A stretch of 64,000 bases of DNA from Nymphaea colorata (taxonomy: Eukaryota): contig NC_045138.2 in NCBI RefSeq assembly GCF_008831285.2, positions 39,494,001-39,558,000 on the forward strand, read 5' to 3'. The number at the start of each line of letters is the position of its first letter. The stretch's first letter is position 1. Of the stretch, positions 13,001 through 25,535 are shown in pieces. The notes beneath the pieces are model-generated. The model saw only the letters and a program-made list of their open reading frames with translations, was not told where the DNA came from and did not search any database. The position numbers and the translations under genes were made by a program.

Positions 13001-13452
13001 GAGAGAGACGGATACAGAGAAGAAAAGGGGAAATTTAAAATGAACAGCAGAGGCAATCGTCGAATTCCCCAAGTATTTACCGGCCAACGTTAGTTGGAAG
13101 TGGAAAAAGGAAAAAAGGCAAGCAGAACAAAAGAAGAAGAAGGGAGCTCGGATGTCAATGGGCCCTTTCAGCGAGAATCCGAAGAAATGGTAGCAGATCA
13201 CTCACCTTCCCCACTTTTATTCGTTTGGGTCACCGAAGCTCCCGAATCTGGCACCTGGGTGTCCGATCTTTCGCCTGCGTACCCGTCGGAAAAGGAGAGA
13301 TTGGACTCTCTGACCTCGGAAACCCGCTCCAACCCGCCGGAACTTGAAGCAAACAGACGGAATGCGAGACCAACCAGCAAAATGGAGACGGCAAGCTTTA
13401 TGATAACGTGATTGTGTTTGCCGTACCTCCATGGACTCCAATCAGAGCCCAT
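10048..13452 (-). CDS. TBL25: Trichome birefringence-like (TBL/PC-esterase) polysaccharide O-acetyltransferase, TBL23-26-like, ~432 aa
   Basis: Exons 13452-13206, 12514-12237, 10821-10048 (1299 nt, in frame). N-terminal TM helix, PMR5N-type CDFFVGDW...NCMKNGRPDSDYLYWRWKP, GDS motif (GDSISRNHVQS) and DxxH motif (DCLHWCLPGPIDSWN). Exact paralog number uncertain. Confidence 0.93.
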
Positions 13453-13469
13453 TTCCTCTCCCTCTAACA

Positions 13470-13473
<4 letters not shown>

Positions 13474-13506
<33 letters not shown>
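13474..13506. repeat. (CT/GA)n microsatellite in the TBL 5' UTR
   Basis: Direct reading, just upstream of the ATG at 13452. Confidence 0.9.
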
Positions 13507-13508
<2 letters not shown>

Positions 13509-13958
13509 CGCAACTCCAGTGATAGCCGCAGCATGCCACCACAGCCTCTTCTGTACTCGAAACAAATACCCAAACAAGAATCACACAACTAAAAAAAACA
13601 GAGGGAAGGGAAGGGAATGACCGGCCATCAATAAAAAAACAATTATATTATGGATCTGCTCTGTCGGTAATCTTCAATAAGCCTCTGATTTGCGATTAAC
13701 TTGTTGCAGTTGGTGAACCCTTATCATGTTCGGCCCCGCTTTTTTAATTCGTCCGCTAGATCCGTCCGATTCTCTCAGCTTTTCCAGATGGGCGGTGAGT
13801 AACTGGCTCCAAAGACACCTGTTGACGTCGGGAGCATCCATGCCTGGCCTCTACTCAAATCTCACGTTTCTCATGAGATCTCTCTCTTTGGTAAAATCCA
13901 GATAATTTAAGTGCAATTTGGTTAAACTTAGTAAAATCAGGAAAACCAAAATCTAAAA

Positions 13959-14300
13959 TTGATTCTTGATAGCTTATGGGACAAAGATGGCCCACTCAAT
14001 ACTGAACGATTACCAGATGTTTTTAAGGAAATTTTGTCCTTGAAATGTAAGAAAACTAGATTTAATTTTGTTCAACAGTCCATTAGCAGTTTTTTGTGGT
14101 CTATATTAAAAGCACGTAGTTGTGCTTTCAATATATTAAAGATGCTTTATTTTTTGTATCGCCGTATCGAATAGCACGTCACCGTAAAGAGATCAAGTGG
14201 AAGATTGAAGTGGAAGAGAAAGAGGTCCTCGAGATCAAGAATTTTGCGAACATGGTGTTTAAGAAAGGCATCTCCATCGAAAGAATTAATTTCTTTTCTT
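13959..14300 (+). mobile_element. Possible degraded LINE (non-LTR) ORF2 3' remnant
   Basis: Translation FLWSILKARSCAF resembles the LWxIWKxRNxxxF motif that follows zf-RVT in plant L1 elements. Only one short motif. Confidence 0.3.
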
Positions 14301-16019
14301 TGAGTGTTAAACTGTACAATTCTCTGATGTCCTTTACTATTTACCTGAAATTTTAACCTATCATTGAATTTGGTCCAACGAAAAACACCCAATTTAGTTT
14401 AGCTGAAATTTAACCTCCCGTTCAGGGTGCAAATTTTTTCTTCTACCTTCTTTTCAGCCTATCAAATGCCCCCATGAACAAGTTAATTGGTGGCAGTAAA
14501 GGAAATGCGAATTTGTTCTATATTAAGTAATATTAAAGGAAAAGGAGGTCAAACTAAAGCTGGTCGGTTTACAAGGGCCTGTTGTTAGTTTGACTCTTGT
14601 GAGTGTTATTGTCTTTATATTAGTAGGTGAAGTCGATAGGCACCAATATATCTCTGAGGACAAAGAGGAAAGAAACTTGGGCTTTCATCCTGGCATTGGG
14701 TATATTTTATTCCGTTCACCTGCAAAACAAACGAAGGTGAAACTAAAAGTTGGGCTAACTATCAAATCTCAGCAGTTCAAACTAAAAGTAATTCCTTAAG
14801 ATGCACACAATTTCCAGGAGTCTATAGGTTTATGGTAGATCAACTAATTTTGATGCATTTCTGATATGCTTTCAAGAACCGTGGATGCGATTAACTCAGG
14901 CGGAGGACGGTAAATCGCTTTTAAAATGAATTGACAGATCACCAGATTTTGTCTCTTCATTTTATAAACATAAACAAGCTGCTGGATGTCAATAGGCCAT
15001 GGCATATGCAGCAGCTCAATGAGTTGAGGGCCCTGCAATAATTTGTGGCTCAAGAGTGAAAAGAATAACTCAGAATAAAGAACAATGTGGATATCCCAAC
15101 AACGCCAACATCATTAATACTAAACTATAAGTATTGTAGAGAGAGGAGAGGGAGAAGAACCAGTCTACTTAGTCTTATAATGGTGCTTTTAATCTCAAGA
15201 TCAACACTACTCCCAAGAGACTGAGGATGTGACTACAACACGCCATCAAGTTCAAACTGATTGTACTACCCATCACTTGATAAAGTTAGGGAGAAAGAGA
15301 ATACATTTTAAAATTTAAAAAAAAAATTAAAATAAAACTGCTTCCTCTGGATATGGGTAAGACTACACTGACATTTTCCTTCACATCAATAAAATCGTCA
15401 TAAAGGTTTTGCTGACGTTTTCACTAATCTTAATGAATTGTTTATTGCCTAAGTAAAAACATGTGTTTTTTGTAATGTATGAAGGCACCATGTTCAATAT
15501 ATATCCGCATCATATCGGTTTTTCACTGATCCGGATTTGAACTGACACGAATAACACTCTTGAAAAGATCGAAAATTGCTAAAAGTTATGGCAACGAGAA
15601 AAGGTTGAAGAACTGTATTGACTTTATTTTGGTATAATACACACTCGGAACCACAGATTGCATATCTACATCTCGTGTTGAGAGAGAAGTAAAAGACGCA
15701 ATCTCAGCTTTTCCTTTAACCGAGATGCCCAAAATCTTTACCTTCACTTTATATCTCATCTCAAACGGTCGTGATATTCTGTCCAGTGTCCTCAATATCT
15801 TGTGAGTTGTAACAAAAGAGCTTTCCATTTAAATAAATAAAGACTGTAGCTATTTTCATCTTTTAATATTAGATCCATCAACAGAGAGACTGTCAACTCG
15901 GAGGGGTGAACAGTGAACTACCACTGCCCACATGGTGGACAAGGATTTCGTCACAACTGGCAAAATTAAGGCGACATTTGTTGCAATATTTTCAGGTCCC
16001 GATGGGAACTTAGCCCAAG

Positions 16020-16299
16020 GAGTTGGCATGTTTTGTTAATGCTTTGAAGTTATTTTAGAGTTATGTAGATCTGATAAGCAGAAGATTAATATCCCAACGT
16101 TCAGAGGTCTGAAGACCCTTCATTCCTCTTATTCTTGTGGTTCGGAGCTGCGTTAAGAGTTGGCATGTTTTGTTAATGCTTTGAAGTTATTTTAGAGTTA
16201 TGTAGATCTGATAAGCAGAAGATTAATATCCCAACGTTCAGAGGTCTGAAGACCCTTCATTCCTCTTATTCTTGTGGTTCGGAGCTGCGTTAAGAGTTG
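16020..16299. repeat. Apparently perfect 137-bp tandem duplication
   Basis: agttggcatgttttgttaatg...ggagctgcgttaag starts at 16021 and 16158; GAGTTG microhomology at the ends. Confidence 0.95.
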
Positions 16300-16308
16300 A
16301 GTGAAATA

Positions 16309-16414
16309 TGGTACTCCAGAGAATTAAAAGATGGGAAAAGAAGTCTTCGACTTTTTCCTACCGATTTCTGGTACTGCAGAGAATTATAAGATGGGAAAAG
16401 AAGTCTTCGACTTT
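16309..16414. repeat. 60-bp-period tandem duplication
   Basis: tggtact(c/g)cagagaatta(a/t)aagatgggaaaagaagtcttcgacttt at 16309 and 16369. Confidence 0.9.
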
Positions 16415-18377
16415 CCTATCGTATATTTGGTTGTCTGGTATAGTGAAAATGACCTCCACAAGAGACAATTATACAGTAAAACTGGAAATATTTATTCCCA
16501 TTGATCTTTTGCACCAGCCCTGAAGAATGGGTCAGCACCTTTCTGTCCCTATATATATTATGGCCCTATAATGTCAACATGGAATTTGTCTGAGGTCGGA
16601 TGGAGGGGTCCAATTTTAAATCCATGCATCTCAGGTCTGCTGTATAACAAACACGACCTATTTCAAATCACCTCCAAATCCCAGATAAACAAACGCCCAA
16701 TAATGGGGAAAAGGAAACAAATTGTATAGAATAAACAGGGGTCTCGAGACTCTTGGTAATTTGCCTAACTTTCCGCGTGGAAATATGGAGAAGGTGGAAA
16801 TGCCACACATCTGTGTCCAACTCAAGCTTGATGGCACAAAACTGGAGAGGAAAGTGTCAAAGTTGACTAAGGAAATATCACTGACAGACGCATATCAAGA
16901 CCCCAGAGGCAGGGGGAATGGGGGGCTCTTTGTGTCTCGCTTCAGGCGGTGGGAAGATCCTCTCGCTCACCCGAAAAATTGACTAAGGAGAGTTTATCGA
17001 CAAGATACTTCTAGTTGGTGCTCTCCCATTAAACAAACATTTTCTGAGAAATAGAGATCAAGTTGTTACCTGGTTGACCCTCGGCAACCTTACATCAAGC
17101 TTGTCGGTGTAATCTGATGAGAACAGTGTTATTTCTGGCTGTCACCAAATGCATGTTAACTTATTCACACAGGCAGTAACTTAATTCATTTTTTTCCAGA
17201 TCCCATCTTACTTGTTCATGAGTGTCTAAAAATGTGATCTAAAAGAACCTTAAACTATTATGAAAATAAATTGATTTAAAAAAGTGAAAAAAAAAATCAG
17301 AAAAGTATGCGATAGAATAATATCACAAGCTTAATTTTTCGCCAGTGACACAATTTCGTAGACAAGTCAGTGTTAAAAAATGTACCGCGATATGGTCATC
17401 ACATTTTCAAGGTAGCAGGTTAGTTCATTGTCACAAGGATGATCAAATTCAGATACAATGTAGCTGCTATTTGGTGTCTGACAGAAAATGGAATTTGAAA
17501 TTTTGCATACAATCAGATTTCAATGTATATTACAATCAGGGTTTGTACTGGATTTTGTAAGAAAACCTTATCCAAGTACAAATTTTCTTATTCTATACAA
17601 CTAATCAGATTCAAATTTGAATTTAATACCAGCTAACACCTAAACCATTGACAACTATATATTGCTGTCAAATAAATATTGATTCACGCTTTTGACTGAT
17701 TGCTTTGCCCTTGCATGCTCTCATGTGATGAACACATTAAGATCCTCAAATTCTTTACTTCTCATTACTGCTCAAACCGGGAGAAGACGACATCATGCCA
17801 AAAGATTTAAAAATAAAAAAATCCCGCACCATCACCTTTTTTAATCCTCATGTCATGTTGATGCCTGGTCGTTTTCAAACAATACTCAAATGGTTGATTT
17901 GTCTTTATCTTTCTATCAGTAAGCCAAGTAACTTTTCATCTTACAGTTTTCATTTTCTTCAGTTGTTATATGGTGTAAGACAGATTCCATGGTCAATTAT
18001 CCCATCGTGACAATCCCAAGTCCTCAGCTTTGAACTCTTATCATCTTTCAACTTAAAGGTCTTAAATTCAAACCTTGAGTCAGTGGCAAAGTAAAAAAAA
18101 TCGCCGAAGGGCTCTAGTACATACCCACTGAATTTTATACTCTTCAAAAACCCCTAGATCCTTCAAATACATAGCAAAGTGGTTGTGCAACACCACTATA
18201 TAGTAACAAATTATGTGGGTCCATGTGGGCAACTGGCCACACAACACCTAGCACGGCTAGCGCCTGAACCAAGTGAACAGAACACATTTGCAAAGTACAC
18301 AGTTTCCCTCTCAAAGTGCAGCCATTAGGTGGTCCGGGCCCTAGAAAGATTGCAGATTGCTCATATAAACGATGCAT

Positions 18378-18380
<3 letters not shown>

Positions 18381-18414
<34 letters not shown>
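18381..18414. repeat. (TA)n microsatellite
   Basis: Direct reading. Confidence 0.9.
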
Positions 18415-18419
<5 letters not shown>

Positions 18420-18638
18420 ACACATACAGACTAACAAAGCTAGAGAACAAAGGCTGCTTTCTTCGTAGGTTATCTTGCAAAGAGTTTGGATCACATTCAA
18501 CACTCCAAGCTTAATTTGGTTCTTGTTGTGCTTCTTTGGAAACACAATGAGGAAATCTACATCCTTTGTGGGTTAATAACTAATAGGTTACATTTTGCAT
18601 GTGTCATTCCATGAAATGAATAGGGAAATGTCTACTTA

Positions 18639-18814
18639 GGGGTCATTTGGCACAAAGGCTCTGGGAGTGTCCCATGAATCATCTACATGAAAAATCTACA
18701 TGAAAAATAGAGCATATTCATGGAACATGAAAATTAGTATTCCATGAATCTGCCCTACTTTTGAGTCAGAATCATGGAATGCTCACTTAATATCCCATTA
18801 TGCCAAACGACCTC
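18639..18814. mobile_element. Tourist/PIF-Harbinger-like MITE (~176 bp)
   Basis: TIR GGGGTCATTTGGCA vs rc of TGCCAAACGACCTC (GAGGTCGTTTGGCA, 12/14). Flanks are TTA left and TTC right (imperfect 3-bp TSD). Confidence 0.65.
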
Positions 18815-20981
18815 TTCAAGAACCCCACGCTGGCTGATATTATAATGTGACATGCTCACCTAACTTGTTGACTAGGGCGACATATGTTAGGGGCCGCTGG
18901 GATGTGAGTTTGAGAAAAAATAGGGACAAAGAGACGCTGAAATTTCTTCTTACTATATCTTTGGGAGGAGAAAAAATTTTAGTAAGAAAAAAGTTTCACT
19001 TTGTTTCTATTCTCACCCATTTTTTGACCTGAAAAGCTGGGTGAAAAATTTGAACACTTACGGAGAGAACATTTTTTGAACACTTATGGAGAGAAAATTT
19101 TCACCCAAGGATACAAATTCAAATGTCAGGATGCGTTTGTCATTCTCAAGCAAGCATTCTGTAGATTGCCCAACTCTCTGATGGCCATTTTACTTTCGAC
19201 TGAGTTACTTCCTCCTGTTACTAACAGCGCAAAACAGTAGAAGGATTTCAATGGCTTCACCTTCACAGGAAATGGGATTTCAGGTTTTCACGTCTTCAAT
19301 AACCAGCAACGCATCCCTTGGCATAAAAGTGGTCAGATCTGCTTAACAGCAGCTTGTCTATCCGAAAGATAAATTGAACGAGCGGGGGCAGCTTGGCAAT
19401 ATAATCATGGCCAAGAGCATGGCTGGCAAAGGTTGTCATACAAAATGGAGACGATGTGGTTTGTGCATACAGAGTACGTCAGGATAATTCGCTCCTCTCT
19501 CTTCATTCACTATCCAATTATAAATCATTGAACAAGAAAGGTAGAAAGAGTTTTCCCAGTTATTTGGGTTGGAATAATCAAGATCAATATCGATATACAT
19601 ATATATTAATATTGATCATTCCAACCCATTGATAATTCCAAGCCAAAACTCTGTGCGTGTGTGTGGGAGAGAGAGAGACAGAGACAGACAGACTCAGCAC
19701 TCAGCAGTACATACTATAACTCTACAAATCCGACGCACTTTTTTATCGTGTCAGATCAATCACCCGTCTCCCCCTCTCTCGTAAAAATTTGCAATGTTGC
19801 AGTTTGTGTAGAGTTGATTTTTCCTCTCTCTCTCTCTCTCACTCTCTCTCTATAATATATATATATATATATAAAGAATTTAGAAAAAGATTTAGCTACA
19901 ATGCCAGGATTGCATAGAAAATTACAAATGCTTTTTACATACAAACATGGCTGCAAAGTCCCACTCCGACCAGACTGCCTAGATGGGCCAATTTGCTCAC
20001 GCAAAACAAACCACCACCTCAAAAAAAAAAAAAGCATACCAACCTAAAGTCATTCCACAATCTTGAGGAAGCATTTGAATCTAAAACGACCTGATGAGTT
20101 AGCTGACATGAACAGTTCCTGCCAGAAAACAGTAGCAGGTGAGTCAAACACCAGAAACCAAAAAAGGAAAATAGTGTCTATAGCAATCAAAACAGGAGTC
20201 AAATTTTTTGTGAAGCAAAATTTTCATTGGCAGTGCATCATCAACTAATGCTCTAAAAGAAGCTCTCTGAACACAGGAACAGGAGGAAGCCAAGGTGCCA
20301 AAGGAGAATCATAAGGTTCTCAATCATTACAGAAAGACATTGAGATACAGCATGTTGACACAAGAAACCATTACCGAGATTTGATTTTTTTAGAACTTAT
20401 AACCGACACTTGCATGAAACAAAGAATCTAGCAATAACAATTAGGCATCAAGAACACCAAAGCGGAAATTATGACAATATAGATGCAAAATCAGGAGATG
20501 CCACATTTGGTGGAGTTCTACAAAAAGTTTCCACGTTCCAAAACCATGAACTTTATGATCTTGAAAAAACCTATCTAAATGGTTTGTTTTAAATTGTGCA
20601 CCCCCACAGACCAATCAAACTTATCATAGAGGTTTATTCACAAAACCAACATTTTTTTATCCTCAACCTCGTTGCTTCAGGGAAACAACAAAGATCAGAC
20701 TTAATAAGAAAAAACATATCAAGAAAAGGCAACAACGAGACAGGGTGTGGAGATCATGATGAACCGAAGATATTGCACCTAAATTTCACAACACAAAAAT
20801 AGGAACACAAAAAATTGTGGCTTTAGCAACTATAGCAAAGAAAAAGTTAACCAGGAGTTACATTTTTACCAAGAATCTCGCTGATGAATCTTTAGCCTTT
20901 ATCTCTAAATTTGCAGCTTCTGAATCTTCTTTAGATAACAATAATAAGGCGTTCACAGAAGAAATATTTGCAGATTTTCAT

Positions 20982-23900
20982 CTATACAATTGCCTTGGGA
21001 AGCCGCATTCCAAACCCACGTTTTATTTTCTCAACACTGCACCAAAGTTCATGCAAGTCATTATATGCAAGCAAATAGATAAAATCATCAGACAAAAGCA
21101 TCTGTGATGAAATTCAGTTCATGAAATTTCCTTCAAAAATACTAGGACATGGTTAGATGCTAACATAGCAAGGAAAATGCTTCAAGAATGAGACAGGATC
21201 TCAGCATAAGCAAAACAGGGTCCAACCTTACATATTGCAATACCCTAACAATAGAGTTTTCCCTTTAAAAGTTGCATCAATATGATAGAAGCTTCTCTAT
21301 TTCATTCAAACCATGAAGCCAAATGTATGGAAAACAAACTGTAGAATACTTGCTTGTAGAAAATATCTGTACCAAAAGTTATCATGTACGAGGCTGATTA
21401 GTTTGTCATATTCTCAAATAAGGCCCGCTGCATGACATTCATGAGAAAATTAACTTGCACAAGTGCAGCAGCTACATCTGATGTAGTATAGTTGCTTAGA
21501 AGACATATAAACCTACATGCAAATACATTCTAAAGAGGTGCAAAATTGTAAATATGCAACCAGGTTCAAAAGGCACTTGGCAACACAGCTGGTTGATTCT
21601 TATTACTGCCATAAAACAGCCAACGAACTTCTATAGTACATGCATCAATAATCTATTTAGAAGGTGACAGTATTTTTGTTTGGTTGAAATTAGACACAGA
21701 AATCCTACACCAAAGCAGACTAGACTTCTCAGATGGATCTTGCCTATAATTGAGAAGAAGAAAGCAGAACATATGATCAAAAGAGAAACTTACGTTGGTG
21801 CAAGCTTGCCAAGGCAGTCCAACTCTTCTCCTGTGGCCTCATCAAACACCTTCCCTGAGATCTCAATAATGTATGACTTGTCTCTTGTAGTGGGCAGTCC
21901 CCTGCTAACAAGTAGGTCCCAATCTTTCTGGTGAAGCTCTCGACCATTGACAAGGACACCAGTGTTTCCACCAGAACAATCTTTCGGCACAGGATAATCG
22001 AACTCTTCTATGGATGGCTACATATGAGATGAAATGCCATTGAAATACTCATACAAAAATGCCTACCAACAAAGAGTAATGGAAACGGTACACTGGCTAA
22101 AAATGGTTTGCACTTTGAACTAAAATATAAACTCACAGGAATTATCCCAATGCAAGGCTGTCCCATGACACCCCAAAATCCAGCTCGTGGGTCATACCTG
22201 GACGATGACAGTTTCACAATTCACCATCAATATTATACCAAATGCAAGTAAAGTATAGAAGGCCAACCAGCAATAAAACTGAAAAATGTACCATAAATTG
22301 ATTTATCAGTAGACATGGAACACTATAGTTCCTAGAACAAGTGCTGAAATAAGACTAACGATCAGAAAGCTTACCATGAAAACAAAACTAAACAATCAGG
22401 AAGCTTACTGTTAAAATTAGGTGAAGCCCTTTACATCTAAGTTCGTGTATGCCATAAGTAATAATGCAAGTAAAGTATAGAAGGCCAACCAGCAATAAAA
22501 CTGAAAAATGTACCATAAATTGATTTATCAGTAGACATGGAACACTATAGTTCCTAGAACAAGTGCTGAAATAAGACTAACAATCAGAAAGCTTACCATG
22601 AAAACAAAACTAAACAATCAGGAAGCTTACTGTTAAAATTAGGTGAAGCCCTTTACATCTAAGTTCGTGTATGCCATAAGTAATCAAAACAAAAATTTTG
22701 GAAAGGAATAGAGATGACAAGAAAGAATGTGCTGACCAGTAATTCCCAGGATAGATAGGACCAGCTTGCTTTTCAGCCTTCCTAACCAATTTCTCAGGTA
22801 TAGGTTTGCCATTAACTGAGACATGAGTCTTCTCGCTATCTGATGAATGAGTAACCCTTGAGAAGTCCTTAAAGCTCTTCTTTATGAGATTAGTGAAGAA
22901 TGACTCGCTTCCCTTCATGCTCCTTTCAGCAGATTCTTCTCTTCTTCCCTCCCCAGGATCTTGTGACACATCGAGGCTGGAGTCCCTTGGCATTGAAAGC
23001 TCTATCTCAGTTGCTACAGATGGCTCTTTGAAAGAGTGTTGTTTAAAGTTTCTTGTGGGCTTTTTCTTGGAAGTGCCTTGTGATGGATAAACTTTCTGCT
23101 CGTCTGAACGCTTGCTCCTGGTTCCTTCAAAATTAGAAACCATTTCATCATAAGATGAATGTCCAGAGTCCTCTTGAGGTGGAGAAGATGCTGCTGGTGA
23201 ATCAACCCCTGACTTAAAGGATAACTGGTTGTACAGCTTTCTGCTTGTAGCAAGATTCCCTTCCCCATCCTGCGATGTGCTGGAAGATGAAAAATCAGAC
23301 TGCCCTTTTTCAGGTTCACTCAAGTTTGGCCTCTCTTCCATCTGATCAATGGGATGACACAAGAGGACTCCATTTTCAGTCATGTTACGGTTAGACAAAT
23401 GAGAAGGGAATGCAGATCTCCGATTTTCATGAGCCCCACGAGATGGATTTATCTGCCCATGCGAATAATCTCGGTCATGAAAATTACCCTGCCCAGTAGT
23501 CGAAGAGGCTATGCGAGAAAACACTTGTTCCCTTGATTCGCTATGAACGCTACCAGCATCTACAGAGGTAATCAGACTCTTGCCATCAAAAGAAACTAGG
23601 ATTATTTTTGAGCACGCCCCACATTGCAACTTGCAAGAACCTTCAGCCTGGGGGCGAAATTTCTCAGGTAACTTGAGCAACTGCAAGCAATGACAACAGG
23701 AGATAAATGGAGCTCCACCTCCAATGGGAAAGCATCCTCTTGTATACCCCACTTCAGGTAGATCCCTAGGCAAACTACGGTTCTGTCGCCGAGAAGCCTG
23801 TTCTATATCAGTATATGCAGCCCTTCGAACAGTGCGACTGGATTGATAAGAACTCAAAGGAGGACGAGCGGCATCCAAACCAATATAATCATGTATACCT

Positions 23901-25535
23901 TCTACCAATGGAATATCAGCATCATCATGATAATACATTGGACCACCCACAAGCTTCGGCATCCTCTGGTGATATAGAAGCCTAGATTGAGCTTGTGCTG
24001 GAACTTTAAGCTGTCCGTAGTAACAATTCGAGCAAGAGCAAATGGGAAAGGAGTCAACAGAATCAGGGTCAGTCTCCACGTACCTTCCAGTAAAATAACT
24101 GTTCTGGTCTCTGCTCATCAAGCCTCTCCCAGCCATCGGCATATGTGGGAATCGGGGAGCTTGGTGTGCAGGAATTCTTATCAATTGATCCCCATACGGA
24201 TCCTTGTAGTTCAGAAGTTCATCATGGGCATGCCTGTGGTGACCAAAAGCAGGAACACCCAAGTGCTGCCTGCCCATCATAGTATGAGAAGCAGCTTGTT
24301 GGTGGCTATCGAATTCAAGATCACGGCTATAGTAATACGGTCTCCGCATCAAATCTTCATGGCGAGAATGGTCCCTCAAGTTTCTCACTGGACCATAAGA
24401 ACCCTGCTGCGGAAAACCTCGAGTTCTCCTCGCATTCAAAGGGATTCCATCATTTGGTGGCAAACCAGAGATATCACAGGATCTGGTGATTTGTTCCCTC
24501 AATTCGTCGAGCTTCTTGAGGAGTTCCCTCCTGTCCTGCTCCAGGTGCTCCACTCTATTGGCTCCGGCCACAGCGTGACCGTAGAAACCATCCTCATAGT
24601 CGCGGGCACCTCCATGATGGAAATTCGACGGGCCTTCGTCTGGATATATCCGGTACTTGCTACAACCATCAAGCAAAGGACGGGTCCTCAAGCCACGGTC
24701 AGACTCGTCCCTCCGAATGTCCGGCGGCATCGAAATTTGATCAACAGAACCCCACGTCAGACCCTTCCCTTTGGTCTGTCTGCTATCGAGCTCCCCGCCG
24801 TCGTTCATAATGGAGCTCCGGTCGCTCCCGGTCGAGTTCTTAACAGGGGCATCAGTCGAATCCCCTGTTCCACTCCTGCTCGTGGTTCCTTCAGCACTTT
24901 CCACCCCACTACCATTCCCCAGAACCTCATCAGTCTGTCCCACCACCGTTGGAACCTCCACTTCTGACTCGTTCGAAGGAACAATCCCCTGGTCTTCTCG
25001 ATTCTCTTTTTGAGCAACCAGCACCGTTACTTCTGGAGAAGGAACTGGCTCGTCGTCACTAACACCCTGCTCCTTCTCCTCTGCCATTTCTCCGGCTACC
25101 TCAACAACATCACCCACAGTCTCCTTCGACGGCTCACCGCCTAAAGACTGTGCCTCCTCAGAGGCATGTGAAGGTGAACTCTCGTCGACAGAATTAGGCA
25201 GTTCAGTGGATACTCCCTCCCTCTCCGAATTAGGTAGCTCGGTTGGTACTACCTCCCTTTCTCCTCCAGCCAACCCGTTCTCCTCCTCCTTGAATTTCTG
25301 TTGCAAACTCGCGGCATACCTCTTCGCTGCTCGTAAACCAAAACAAAATCAATGACCAACAAAAACAAATAACCACGGGAGAAAGAGATGCCGAAAACAA
25401 GGTAGGGAAGGAAGACTCACACTGAAGTTTAGCGCCACAACCACCGCACTGATACACAGGGTAGTCAGCGGGCTCGACGAGGAGGTTCTCGCATTTGGGG
25501 CAACGAACCAATCGAGCCTTCGTTCCCTCCACCAT
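20982..25535 (-). CDS. EDR4-like / extra-large-G-protein-like zinc-ribbon (DUF3133-type) protein, ~1014 aa, 5 exons
   Basis: Exons 25535-25421, 25326-22737, 22197-22137, 22017-21794, 21036-20982 (3045 nt, in frame). N-terminal RLVRCPKC..YQCGGC ribbon, central GGAPFISCCHC..LQCGAC ribbon, and XLG-N-like tail AGPIYPGNYWYDPRAGFWG...GNTGVLVNGRELH...LGKLAPTVEKIKRGFGMR. No G-alpha domain. Confidence 0.9.
22241..22684. repeat. 222-bp tandem duplication inside intron 2 of the EDR4-like gene
   Basis: Copies 22241-22462 and 22463-22684; I see one mismatch (aacgatc vs aacaatc). Confidence 0.95.

Noticed and set aside
23987..24967. 326-aa + strand ORF
   Set aside because: Antisense shadow of EDR4-like exon 2; no motifs.
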